From the human T2T-CHM13v2.0 reference genome, Homo sapiens, in assembly GCF_009914755.1 (NCBI RefSeq), contig NC_060930.1: a stretch of 64,000 nt of DNA; one strand, given 5' to 3'. Each line of letters starts with the position of its first letter. Position 1 is the stretch's first letter. Below the pieces are notes generated by a model. That model had not been told where the DNA came from, did no database searches, and was given only the letters and a program-made list of their open reading frames with translations. This document shows, one piece after another, positions 1 through 13,898 of this stretch. The translations under genes were made by a program, and so were the position numbers.

Positions 1-39
1 GTGTAATTACTGGTCTGGGTACAATGGAAAGCTTGACCA

Positions 40-565
40 TATATATGGGGCTAGGGAAGGCTTCCCTAAGGAAATGGGGTTTAAGATGAAACCAATGGAA
101 GTACAATTACTTAGAGGTAGAAGAGGAGGGGCCAGGTGCAGTGGCTCATGCCTGTAATCCCAGCACTTTGGGAAGCCAAGGCAGGAGGCTCACGAGGTCA
201 AGAGATCGAGACTATCCTGGCCAACATGGTGAAACCCTGTCTCTACTAAAAACACAAAAATTAGCCGGGCATGGTGGTGCATGCCTGTAGTCCCAGCTAC
301 TCGGGAGGCTGAGGCAGGAGCATAGTGTGAGCCCAGGAGGTAGAGATTGCAGTGAGCTGAGATATTTGATTCTGTCTCAAAAGAAAAAAAAAGAAGAGGA
401 GGTAGCTCCAGGAGAAGGAAATAGACTAGAGCCATGAGAGCAAAGGGGCTGTGTGGGGATAGTTCAGGGGCCCAAAGTGAGTCTGGAAAGACAGGCAGAA
501 GCTGGATCATGTGGGTCCTCCAGGGACAAGAGCAATGGGAAGATATGGAAGGTTTTAGGCAGAGG
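40..565 (-). mobile_element. L2 LINE fragment, split by the Alu at 130-391
   Basis: Antisense L2 motifs GGGAAGGCTTCCCTAAGGA and GCAATGGGAAGATATGGAAGGTTTTAGGCAG; boundaries approximate. Confidence 0.6.
130..391 (+). mobile_element. AluSc-like SINE with ~30-bp deletion in the right arm
   Basis: CACGAGGTCAAGAGATCGAGAC diagnostic; A tail; TSD AGAAGAGGAGG at 119-129 and 392-402. Confidence 0.93.
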
Positions 566-1015
566 GAGAGGTGGTTGCAGCTGTATGAGAAATGTAAGCT
601 ATTTCAGGAAATTTGTGATTACAATAGTAATTCAGTACTGGAATAGATTATCAACAGAGCTTGGGGGAGCATTCTCCTCAAATAAATTGAGTTGACTGTT
701 AAGGACGATAAATAACCTCATATGGGAAAGGGTGCAGAAGAGAGCTGCAGGACTTTGTAAATTAGATCAGAGTGAGGGAATTGGGCAAAGCAAGCATATC
801 AGGCCTGATATCACACCTTTAAAGTAGGAAAGAAAAAATAGACATTTTTCTCCTTTTGCCACAAGCTGAAAATTTATTTTGCAAAGCTATAGTAGCATTT
901 TCCCATTGTTTCTTAGGCTCACTACCATGCAGGGTGATAGGGCAATATTTCAAAAGGGAAGGAATGGTTATGACAGCCAAAAGAACATGCCCACAAACTT
1001 CTGCAAAGACTTTTT

Positions 1016-1313
1016 TTTTTTTTCTTTTTTCTGAGACAGGGTCTCACTCTGTCACCCAGGCTGGAGTGCAGTTGTGCAATCTTGGCTAACTGCAACCTCT
1101 GCCTTCTGGGCTCAAGTGATCCTCCCACGTCTGCCTCCTGAGTGGCTTGGATTACAGGTGTGCATCACCACACTTGGCTAATTTTTTGCATTTTTGGTAG
1201 AGACAAGGTTTTGTCACGTTCCCCAGGCTGGTCTCGAACTCCTGAGCTCAGATGATCCATCTGCCTTGGCTTCCCAAAGTGCAGGGATTATAGGCGTGAG
1301 CCACCGTGGCTGG
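1016..1313 (-). mobile_element. AluJ-like SINE
   Basis: Antisense Alu with poly-T; GGGCTCAAGTGATCCTCCCAC is J-type; TSD CTGCAAAGACTTTTT at 1001-1015 and 1314-1328. Confidence 0.93.
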
Positions 1314-2754
1314 CTGCAAAGACTTTTTCAGAGACTTCTCCACCCACATCCATGGATGATTATTTTCCTAGAGCAACACCTGTGTCCAACAGGTGGGCAA
1401 CTTTTGGGGAAGAGAATGAGGAAGAAGATGGTCTTAATTTTCAACAAATTCTCAAGGAACTTTTTCCTTTTCCTATACAGTTTCCCCAACCTCACGCTAA
1501 ACTCTGTGTGAGTCCCCTTGTTTTGTTTCAAAATTGCTGTTACTTAAGAACAAATAGTTACAATGCTGGAGTAGGGAAGCTTGTAAAATCCATTGTCACA
1601 GTGGTCAGCGGTGATAGTTTCTAAGTACAGTCTCAATTGTATTTAATTATTGATAATTACATTAATGGTTATGGAGAGCTATACACCATGCTAAGTGTAT
1701 ATTTAGTGTTTTATACATGTAATTTATAGAAAAGTATGAGTGCAAATGTTTATTGAAAAAGTGACTGAACAATAAATAAAACACTAAAATAAAAAGTGAT
1801 TAAACTATAATAATTCTCATTAGGTAACCAGAAACTGACGACAGAACCTATGCACATGGATTAATTAGGGAGCGAGTGAAAATGAGTCCTACTAAGTTAA
1901 AGAACCCTAACTTGCACACATTTACCAGAGAATAAACCTAGCTGAAGAAAAAACGGACAATAATAATCACTCAATTACCCACATTGAGAAATCTCTAAAT
2001 TGGCTTGGAATTTGGTAAGGCTCAACTATATACTGGTTACTAATTGATTTGAAAGGATTACGAAAGAAAAGTTAAACAAATTAGCAGAGACACCTGAGTA
2101 AGCTTAGCTATTGTGTAAAAGAACAAAGAATCATTTTGATTGCATTTGATGGGAACCGCCAATGAAAAACCCTTTTAATAAGTATGAACAGAGCTAGATA
2201 CTGAATGGACTATGGAAATTGTGACCTCAATGCATAGGAGAGGATGTGTGTATATTTGAATAAAATACTGTTGAGAATTGAAACTTCCACATTTAGTAGT
2301 ATTTCAACCAAGTGTTTAACCTTAATGTTTTATTTGGTTTTATTTGATATTCCTCTCAACTGCCCCTTTTCAACTCCTTTCTTTCCCTTCACTGAACCTA
2401 GGCTTAGAAGTTAGAGAAAAGTCTGAGAATCTATTGAATGGCAGAGATCAACATACAGTAACCAGCAGCACCCAGGATGTTGGTTGTTCTATCAGCCTGA
2501 TTCCCTAAGCCAAGGCCCTCTGTTGACTCATAGTTGGCATACAGTTTGAGGAAGGAAAAAGCCTTTGTGGTGGCAACTCACTGAGAGTTTATAGTTGCTT
2601 GTTATTGCAGAATAAATCTAGAGCATAGGGCCCAGCTCTCACTAGGAGCTCAATAAATGTTTTATTTTGTTCTCTTGAATCAGGCTCACAGAATTGGAAC
2701 ATTCATAATCCTTGGTTCATGAAACAGCATCAACAGTAATCCATGCATGACCCT

Positions 2755-3460
2755 CTTTCATTTTATTTATTCTTTTGAATTTAATTATTTTTATAATGAG
2801 CATCTGTGAGCCTACCATCCAGCCCAAGAATGAGAACATTGTCAATAACTTCATCCCTGTGTGCTCTTTCTTTACCCCATCCTCCCTGCACTGAGAATTT
2901 GAATTCACTTTTTTTTCAATCTTGACTTTTCTTTTTCTCATTTCATTGCTTTAAAAAAAATCAGTTTATATATATATATATAAATGCCTAACCAATTTAT
3001 TGTTCTGGCTTCCAAACTTTATAAAAAGGTTGTACTGTCTATATTTTCCTGGAACTTGCTTTTTTCATTATTCAATCTTATTCATTCATGTTCTTATCCA
3101 TAGCAGTAATTCTTTAATTTTCTTCGCTATATAATATTGTTTTGCATTAATATCCCAATTGTCTCCAGCTTTTTGCTATTATGAATTGTGTTGCTGTAAA
3201 CATTCTTGCATATGTCTACTAGCATACATCTATAAAATAATAAGAGAAACACAAATGAAGGGACAATTAGATATCATTTGTTATAAAATTAGTTGAAATA
3301 TCAAAAATTAAAAAGTCTACCAAGATTAAGTGTTGGAATGATAAGTAGCAATGGGATCTTGTATACACATTGCTGGTAGGAATGTAAGTATAAGCACCAT
3401 TTAAAACAATTTGGCATTATTTTTAAAGTTGAACATTGGTATATACTATAGCAAATCTCC
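2755..3460. mobile_element. Ancient L1M (L1ME-like) 3' fragment; ~2755-3230 minus, ~3235-3460 plus
   Basis: TCCAGCTTTTTGCTATTATGAATTGTGTTGCTGTAAACATTCTTG is antisense L1M; ACATTGCTGGTAGGAATGTAAG...AAACAATTTGGCATT is sense L1M. Confidence 0.65.
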
Positions 3461-4854
3461 ATAAATGTTGAATGAACAAATGAATGAGTAATCACCCAGC
3501 AATTTAGTCAAAGATATTTTCTATCCTTTGTCCCTGACAAGTTTCCTGGTGATTTTTCCATATTCATGGATTTTGATTCCTGGCCTACCATGTTCTTCTC
3601 TGCCATCATTTAGATTGACATCAATTCCCAAGTGAATGGCCCAAGCTAGGCTTCTCTTGACATGACAACAGTTATGAGGACCAAATAAGGTAATAAATTT
3701 AAAGTGCTTATAGCAGTGTCTAGCACAGAGTAAGTGCTATATAAATGTTTATTATTATCATATTTCCTTCAGAACTCTTATAGGAATCGTGACTATGGTC
3801 TGTTACATAATTTAGATGTTGTTGGTTTCTTGGATAAATATTATATTTGTATGCTCCTTTCTATTTCTTTCATTTTGATTTTTGGGCCCAAATATTTGCT
3901 TTCCTTTGTTTTGCAGATTTTCCCTTGGGAGTTACCCCACAATGAGTTCTGGGTCTGGTCAAATCACCCATTATTCAAGTAAGTCACAACTCCCTTCCTT
4001 TGGGAGAATAGTTTTACCCAAGTGTTGCCTGCCCTCAGTCATTACAATACCTAACAAAGGTCTGAACTTCATCCATTGGAGCCCTGCCTGTATCTCCTTT
4101 AGAACTCCCTTTGGAGCTCTGAATTCATTAATTGTCTCTGCCTGTTGCCTCTTACTCATTTCTACTTCCCCATTCAGTCACATCGTCACCTTGAAACTTA
4201 CCAACCAATGCTCAAAATAGCCCATGCTGATCTTCCTGTTCTTCCTCTCTCCAAAGTATCCAGAATATATCTCCCACCTAGTGCATCTGTCCCAGTCATC
4301 GAAGGCAGGTTCTGCCATTGATTTTATTATTGATTCCTTATCTATAACTTTCAGAGAACTGCTAGAAACTTTCCTTCTGGGTCAGAATCAAACATGCATT
4401 AAGCATTGCTATTTTGGAATTTAAAGCACATGCTATTGGCTCTGGCTTCACCATCTATTCCCTCTAAGCCAGGAAGGCCTTGGAAAGTGTAGCTGGGATT
4501 TAATGAAGTGGTTACCATACTAATCTTGTGAGCCATTGAGCATAGTATTTCATTTTTATCTCCACCAGGCAGAGGCCATCAAAACAAATCAACTTCCAAG
4601 GTCTGGGAGAGGATTGTGTCCTGGGCTGCCCAGATACATTGTTTACAGGCTTCTGGCAAAGGGCTTGGAATGGGACATGTGTCTCACAAAAGCACCTGGA
4701 GACTTGGTTTACTCAGTCGGGAACTATGGGCATGAACTGGTCTAGGTCAAGAAGAGGATAGAAAAGATAGGTGGATGAATAAAAAGAGTGCAAGATCTGA
4801 ATCAGATAACAAGTGGAAGAGGGGTCAACACTAGACCATGCATGCCTTAGAGTC

Positions 4855-4990
4855 ATTGAATTTCAGAACCGAAAGTGACCTCAGAACCTGTCTAATTTAA
4901 CCAGCTCATTTTACAGGTAGGGAAACTCAGATCATAGAAATGAATAGACTTGCCCAAGGTCAGAGAGCTGTCAGCTGGATGGAAAATCCT
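4855..4990 (-). mobile_element. MIR fragment
   Basis: CATTTTACAGGTAGGGAAACTCAG...GACTTGCCCAAGGTCA antisense MIR core. Confidence 0.75.
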
Positions 4991-5919
4991 TTCCAACCAA
5001 GGTGTTTTCTTTCTACTTCCTGTACTATAAGGTGGTAGGGGCGGGGGGAGTAGGAAATAAGCTAAATGGCTAAAAATAGGAAGGAAGTAAGGAAAACATT
5101 TGGTTTATGTCAAGCAGTTTATCATAACATGAAAAAATGCTTGCTATCTTAAGGGTTAAAAATAATGTGGAAATGTAGTGTAATAAGATAAGAATAAAAC
5201 TAAATTAACCAAAGGTTAATTCTGGTCCCTTGGCCAAAAACTGTTATTATTTTAGCTTGGTTTTTAACCATGGTTGGAGGTTTTCTCTGGTGCAAAGAAT
5301 TATAGGTATTTTTACCCTTATATTCTTCTGTATTTCCATTATAATCACATATTTCTTTCAGAATGATTAAAATATATATGGTTTACCATTTGACTTAGCC
5401 TATTGGTCCCCATCAAATTAACCAGAAAAAAAAAAACAGTAAATTAGATAATCCATCATCCCATTTTATGATATTCAGGACTTGGCAAATTTCTTTCAGT
5501 TGCTATTCTTAGCAGAGAATCCATTTTAACCTTCTGCTTCACACAGAGTCTCAGACACCCTCTTTACTCTCCATTTCCAAAGTACTAATACAGAGTGAGC
5601 TAGAGGATAGAGCAAACCCCCTATGGGATCTAAACATTGTCCTACCATAATAAAAAGCAGATCTTCCCACCACTTCTAGATGCAGATAAAAATTCTCCCT
5701 TCTCAGCTTCTATCTGCCCTCAACCAGGTGAAGATAAACAGAGGCCAGTCATAAATGAAGTTGCTAAATCTCCCAACTTAGTCTCTGAACCTCAGTACCA
5801 GCCAAGATGCCTTCTCCATTCTCTTTAACCTTCACCCAACCCCACCCTCTGTTCTAGGACAACAGGTGATCACCTAAGTTTTCAGAAATATTGCTTTTTA
5901 AAATAATTTTGAATGTCAT

Positions 5920-6330
5920 CTACTGTTTTTATTTTTATTAACATAGCTAGAAACTTTGGAATATACAGAAAAGCAGAAGGAAGAAACTAAAAGTCATTCA
6001 AAATTTCACCATCCCAAAATGATCTCTTTTAGTGTTTTTTGCATATTTCCTGGCAGTCCTTCTATTATTTTTTGCACACACATAATATAGAAAACTGAGA
6101 TCATATCATACATACTATTCATATACATTGTAAATTTTCCAGATCATTAAATATTATTCCATAGCACATTTAATGCCTGAATAATAATCATTTGGAAGTA
6201 CAGTAATTTATCAAACCAATCTTTTAGGGTTGCACAATCAGGCTGTATTCCATTTTTCAACATGCCATACCACACTGCTGTCAACATCCTTGAACAGAAA
6301 TCTTCACTCATATCAATGTTTTCCCTGATT
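5920..6330 (-). mobile_element. Old L1ME-like 3' fragment
   Basis: Degenerate match to the antisense L1M 3'UTR (ACACTGCTGTCAACATCCTTGAACA); edges approximate. Confidence 0.5.
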
Positions 6331-6484
6331 TGCTATCAAAGTCAATATTTAATATGTTTAATTCCCCTGTCCCCCAGGTGTGGAAAAATGTACCCATTTT
6401 GTCTACAGAAATTCTACCTCTGATTAGGAAGTTTCTACCTACTTAGATGTGTCTATATAATGTATATCATGTATTAAGAAATAT

Positions 6485-7403
<919 letters not shown>

Positions 7404-7703
7404 CCTAGAGTCATTGATGCCATGTTGTGTTTAAGAGGAGGCAATGAAGAAAATTGCAAAGATGCCAAGCTTGTATTCCGATATCAATGAGTTGTTTCAT
7501 GTAATTTGGTACCAACTAGCTCCAGGCTTCATGTTAGATGAGATAATTAAATGTTCATTTATGGCTAAAGCAACTGCTGGTTGTGGTTTCTGTGACTTGC
7601 AACCCAAAGATATTCCTAATCAATGCCATTGGCTGACATCATCATGTTATTAGTAGAGTTGGGCTTGAATGTAAATCTATTTGGCTCCAAAGTCCCTCTT
7701 TCT

Positions 7704-7992
7704 TTTTTCCTTAATTTTTTATTATTTGAGAAAGGGTCTCACTCTGTTGCCCAGGCTGGAGTGCAGTGGCACAATCTTGGCTTACTGCAAATTCCATCCC
7801 CTGTCTCAAGAAACCCTCCCATCTCACCTTCCTGAGTAGCTGGGACTACAGGTACCCTTTTTTTTTTTTAAGTAGAAACAAAATTTCACCATGTTTTCTA
7901 GGTTGGACTCAAACTCCTGAGCTCAAGCAATCCGCCCGCCTAGCTTCTCAAAGTGCTGAGATTATAGGCATGAGCCACCCCACTCAGCCACC
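7704..7992 (-). mobile_element. AluJ-like SINE with internal deletion
   Basis: Antisense Alu; TSD CCAAAGTCCCTCTTTCT at 7687-7703 and 7993-8009. Confidence 0.9.
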
Positions 7993-9919
7993 CCAAAGTC
8001 CCTCTTTCTATTATATTGTGCTACCTTCCTTCCTCTTTAAACAGTCAGTGATCAATTCCCTTAAAATACTTTTAAGTTTTTTAAGGGGAGAGTCCAGGTC
8101 CTGTGTAATACCACCTTGTTTCTATAAGACCATTAAGATCATTTTTAATTTTTCTCTGGTCTTCCGGACTACTAAGCATATTACCTTATTTAGTACCATT
8201 ATCAAATTTAGTTAATGCCATTTTTACTTTTCTCCACTTATTCATAATGATAGAGAACAGAATTGTCTCCAAGTCAACCTCAAAGAAATACCATTTGAGT
8301 TTGAACTTCCCTTCTCCCCATCCTTGCACCCCCAGCATGCCTCCCTCTGAGCTGTCTGTGCATCTGGCTAGCCCTAATACTAGTGATTCTTGCCACCCAC
8401 TCTGCTGCAGCTGGCAAGGACCAGAGGGCCTGGATGCTCTCTTTTTGCTTCACGAACCTCTAAAGAGTACTCAGGCTGGAAACTGCTCCATCTATTCTAC
8501 TAGTTGGCTTAATTTTACCAATCACCTAAAAAATCACATAGCAAGTTAAGAAGTTTTGCTGCTTATACAACCTGAATTCCTACAGTAAAAAGAATAAGGC
8601 TAGTACTAACTGCAGTAAGCTTTTAATATCCCATACAATATATCATCCTTCCTTAGGAAAGACTTGACTGCTAAGCAACATGATTATGATGTTATCACTT
8701 TCAGAAAAATTGGGGTAGAGAAGGCCCTCCAAAATGGTGTTTCATTCCAAATCAATAGGTTTCTTGATCCCAAACCACAGAAATGGACCTTGATAAACTT
8801 AAGCAAAAAAAGAAGTTCAGTAATAAGTCCTGGATAGCTCACAGAATAAAATATAGTATTGAACACTCAGAAGGATGGGAAGGGAACAGCTTTGGGAATC
8901 TTGGTAACTGGGACTAATCCATAGGCCCTGCTGGTCACTACCATTGGAATGACACAAAGCCACAAAGATCATTCATTCTAAGCAGATCACATGGAATAGG
9001 GAAAGAAGAGTTTCCCCAAGAAAAGTGGGACTCTTTTCAAAAGATAGAGGGAGGAATACTCAGTGCACTAGTGTGCGTGAGTGTGCACGTATGTGTGTTG
9101 TGAATGAAGAGAGGAAAAATCCATTGACTGAAACTCTTTATGTTGCAGGCCAAAAGGAATCACAGGAGCAGAATTTGCATCTAAATGAAGGCAACAAGGA
9201 GACCATAGAAAGGTGTTACTTCCCAGACTTTACCAGCTACTAGCTGTCATGAAACATCTAAAAAACTGTTCTGAAAGTTAGGAAGTTTTGTCATTTGGAG
9301 AGTGCTAGATGTCCTGGAGAATGGGAGATGAGGTTACATAAAACTGAAATGTGCCTAGAATACTGACTACAATCAGCTTGAAATTTCCCCAAGGAAGCCC
9401 ATGAGCTGTAAGCGTCTACAGATCTGGTACTGACATGCACAATTTGGCCATGCCCAGCCTGGCAGGCATCAGGGCAGCCTCAGAACCTACTCCCTAGTAC
9501 CCTCTGATGACTACCTCCAGCAAAATGCACTTGACTCACCGTCTTCTGCACTGGAGAGCTCAAATTATCTCTGTGGGGGAGGTGGAGGCCTTGCCAGACT
9601 ATCCACATTGCTTAACTTCTTAGTCAGTGCTGGAGAGGTTTTATGTTACAAAGGGTAATGAAACTTAGCCTGAGGGCCCAGAATGGTACTACAGTGTACA
9701 TTTTGTCATTGGGTAGCTTCTTTAGCTTTGTATAATCAGAATTTTCCCCTTTCCTTTATGTAACTGTTTAAAGCAGAAATCAGAGTCCCTGGCTCCTAAG
9801 TTAATGGCAAGGAGGGGAAATGGAGGCAGTGAGGAACACTACCTGTGGCAGTAGTCATTGTCGTCACTTCCTGCCCCTGTCACCAACATTTCTGCAAGTG
9901 GCACAACCATCTGTCCATT

Positions 9920-10096
9920 CAAGACTGGCTATATCATTTGTAGAAACCAGCGCAACATGAAAATGTGGCACTTCTTATTCAAAACTTATCATGAATTTCA
10001 AGACTGCAACAGCAGAGCGTAAAACCAACTGTGGACCACCCTGAGTTCAAGACCTAAGTAAATGCTTAGGTTGCATTCCCATGAAGCCAGCCCTGT
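9920..10096 (-). mobile_element. MER45A-like hAT DNA transposon relic
   Basis: Ends in CCCATGAAGCCAGCCCTG, the reverse complement of the recalled MER45A terminus; internal GAATTTCAAGAC..CAGCAGAGC. Confidence 0.75.
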
Positions 10097-10262
10097 GGCC
10101 ATTACTCCCAGCCCACTCTTAAATTTCCAGCATTTAAACTATTTATGGAGCCTAAGAGTTATTCTTTTCTCTCTTCCCGATCTCTCCCAGGGCTGTGTCT
10201 ATTCACAAGTTTCATATGGAGGTATCAAAGTAAAGAGAATGTAGTAGAGAGAAGAAAATACT

Positions 10263-10776
10263 TCTGTTAGTCAGGGTTCTCCAGAGAAACAGAACCAACA
10301 GGATGTACATGTATAAAGAGTTATACTATAAGTCATTGGTTCATATGGGTATGGAGACTGAGAACTCCCACAATCTACAGTCAACAAGTTGTAAATCCAG
10401 GAGAGCCAATGGTATTATTTTGGCTCAAGTCTAAAGGCTTGAGAACCAAGAGAGCTAGTGGTACAAATTCCAGTCCAAGTCCTAGTCCAATAACTGTGTC
10501 TAGACTGAAGGCAAGAGAAGATCAATGTCCCAGCTCAAAGACAGGCAAGGAGAGCAAAGTCTTCCTTACTCCATCTTTTTGTTCTATTCAAGCCTCCAAT
10601 GGGTGGGATGAGGTCCACCCATCCTGGGGAAGGCAATCTGCTTCCCTCAGTCTACTGATTCAAATGTTACCCTCATCCAGAAACACCCTCACAGACACAC
10701 ATCCAGAATAACATTTAATTAAGTACCTGGGCATCCCCTTACCCAGTCACGTTGATACATAATACTAACCATCAGA
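10263..10776 (-). mobile_element. MLT2B-like ERVL solo LTR
   Basis: TTAGTCAGGGTTCTCCAGAGAAACAGAACC...AACACCCTCACAGACACAC...TAACCATCA; imperfect 5-bp TSD ATACT/ATGCT. Confidence 0.85.
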
Positions 10777-11374
10777 ATGCTTTTCTCTCTTTCCTCTGCC
10801 CATCACTAGAATTCCCATGGTCGTTTTATTCCCTCCAATAGAAGATGAAAACTAGGCCTGGCTTTCAAGATAACAAAGAAGCCTAGGAATAAAATCTGCC
10901 TATGCACACTTGCCTCCAGCCTGTCCTCCTTACTCGGAAGTTGGCAGGTTGATTCATGGTCTATACTCCACTAGAAACTTCCTTCTATTCTGTGCTGGGC
11001 ATCAACCCCTCATGATTCAGAGTTGTGTTTTCTTGGCTTCCCTGAGCCTAACTACTTGGTACAGCTAATCCAGCAGAAAATCTCAGTAGACCATTCTACA
11101 CTTCTTCACACCCATTGCGTAACTATTTCCATAGAAACTTCCTGATAACAAAACTAAACTATTTGTTCTTTTTTTGGTCATTTCATCCATTTGTGATACT
11201 GGGGCTAGAGCTAACAAGTCAAACAGGAGGAGCCATGATAGGTCACTGGAGACATTTGGGAGCACACAGGGAGTCAGGACTTGCCTGTACTTGCTAGAGG
11301 GGTAGGGTTGCTTCCACTAAGATATCTTGGCTGCATCTGCTTGGTGGGGAGGAAAGAGTTTGGTTTTGGAGTAA

Positions 11375-11560
11375 CCCCTGCCTAAATCATTGCTAACTCA
11401 CTCTGTGGCTTTGGACACTTTCCTTAGTACTTCTATCTGGGCCTCAGTTTCATCATCTGCAAAATAGGGAGGCTGGTATCTATGCTGTGAAATTGCTTTG
11501 AAGATCATAGATAAATGTGTGAAACACCTGGCATGTAATAGAGCCTAAGGAAATAGTTAC
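11375..11560 (+). mobile_element. MIR
   Basis: GGGCCTCAGTTTCATCATCTGCAAAATAGGG core. Confidence 0.75.
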
Positions 11561-12395
11561 AGTCCATCTCCTTGTTCTACAACTAGATCTTGCTGATTCA
11601 TTCTAAAGAACAGGAGAGAAATGAGATGAGCACATACCCTCAGGGAGGCATTGAACAGACCAGATGTGTCTTCCACCTTCAAAAGAGAATGCATGGGCTT
11701 AGTTAGCCTCTTGCTTTCTTTTCCCCAAATTACTTCCTCCTGGTTTCCTGCAGCTCATACCACTCTGGGCAATCACTGAACCTTACTGACAGTGTGCTCT
11801 CGTCCCTCACTCCTTCCAGGGCAAACATGTCAACACTTTGTGCTCAGAAACAGAGTTTGGGGGCGCTACTGACATGGCCAAATTTCACAAAGAAGCACTT
11901 GGCTTTGGTTCACGTTTGGCAATCAGAGAGTAGCTGGGGATGTTTAGCTGAGATATATGATTCAGGCAAAAAAAAAAAAAAAAAAAATCCCCTTTCCCCT
12001 TTCTCCATTTGCAGAACACCATCCACAATTGCTTAATAATTATATGCATGGGCCAATATCATTCTGCCCCAGACCTCCATACTGGAGGTCACAAGTCTTG
12101 GGGGCAACTAAGATTTATTTCCCATACCCCATATATAAAGGTTAAGAAGGCAATCCCTCTGGGTTCAAAGGCTCCTCTGGGGTCACTTGAGGTGTCCATC
12201 TGGCTATATTTAATAAGAAAATAAAACTTGCCTCCTTTCTGTTACCAGGCCCAAGACTGTGTCCTACTGACGCTTCCCTGGCTTCCCTTACTCAATCCTT
12301 CAGGCCTCGTGCTCTGCAGTGGTCGGCCTGCATGGCTCCCCACTGCATTTCAACCTCAGGCTGACCAAGGACCTCCTGTGCAGGGTGCATCTGCA

Positions 12396-12806
<411 letters not shown>

Positions 12807-12829
12807 ATAACACTTTAAAATGTATTTTT

Positions 12830-13127
12830 GGCCCGGCGTGGTGGCTCACACCTGTAATCTCAGCACACTGGGAGGCCGGAGCAAGTGGATTGCTTGAGCT
12901 CAGGAGTTTGAGACCAACCTGGGCAACGTGGTGAAACCCTATCTCTACTAAAAATACATAAATTAGCCAGGCATGGTGATGCACACCTGTAGTCCCAGCT
13001 GCTCGGGAGGCTAAGGTAAAAGGATTGCTTGAGCCCAGGAGGTCAAGGCTGCAATGAGCCAAGATTGTGCCACTGCACTCCAGCCTGAGAAACAGAGTGA
13101 GACCCCGTCTTAGAAAAAAAAAAAAAA
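12830..13127 (+). mobile_element. AluJ-like SINE
   Basis: GGATTGCTTGAGCCCAGGAGGTCAAGGCTGCA J diagnostic; A tail. Confidence 0.92.
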
Positions 13128-13436
13128 GGGATTTTGTTTCTATTTTTAATGATTTTTAATTTTTATTTGCAGAGGTTCTATTTGGCTGTTCATTTTCAGT
13201 AGTCTCTTATTTTTTGCTCATCCATTTGATAGCATCTCTTCTGTGTTAAGCATATCTAACATGCTTAAATTTATTTCATAATTAATAATCAAGTATTTAA
13301 AGTGTTTGTCAGCCTACATCTGCTGTTTGTTGTATTTTGCTACTTCTTTTTCATGGTACCTTGTTTTCCCGAGTGTATTATGATTCTTTCCTTCAATTGC
13401 GAGCTGCAGTTCAATAGAATTTTATATCTGGAAATC

Positions 13437-13695
13437 TTTTATTTTTTATTTTTGTGAGTACCTAGTAAGTGTATATATTTATGGGGTACATGAGATATTT
13501 TGATATAGGCATATAATGATGTGTAATAATCACATCAGTGAAAATAGGGTCTCTATCCTCTCAAGCATTTATCTTTTGTGTTACAAACAATGCAGTTACA
13601 CTCTTTTAGTTATTTTTAAATGTACAGTTAAATTGTTATTGACTATAGTCACCCTATTGTGGTATCAAATACCAGATATTATTCATTATGTCTAA
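13437..13695 (-). mobile_element. L1MA 3' end fragment
   Basis: TATATTTATGGGGTACATGAGATATTTTGATA...GACTATAGTCACCCT antisense L1MA 3'UTR. Confidence 0.8.
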
Positions 13696-13898
13696 GATGT
13701 GGGAATCTCTGAGGCCTGTGATAACAGTGGTTCCTTCAGTGAGGATTTGTGCTTGTTTCTAGACTTGAGAGTACTCCCAACTCTGAGCCACATTAAAACA
13801 CATTTTCATCTAGGATTTTTCAAACTGTACTTATATTATAAATTTGGTTACAAGCCTGCATAAAGCTAATCTATAGTTATACATTCTCAGATGTTTCC

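Noticed and set aside
190-510. ORFs such as 190-510, 12673-13062, 15357-15680, 33405-33761 and 61919-62179
   Set aside because: Translations of Alu sequence ([24 protein letters not shown]), not genes
796-811. Perfect 16-bp palindrome ATATCAGGCCTGATAT
   Set aside because: About one is expected by chance in 64 kb and there is no supporting context
1823-2013. Possible next exon (CATTAG|GTA...TG|GTAAGG), phase-compatible with the 917-1507 candidate
   Set aside because: Four stops in about 64 codons, the random expectation; no recognisable homology
8704-8903. Protein-looking stretch after TTTCAG (KNWGREGPPKWCFIP...)
   Set aside because: Contains stops and has no recognisable homologue; cannot be supported without a search
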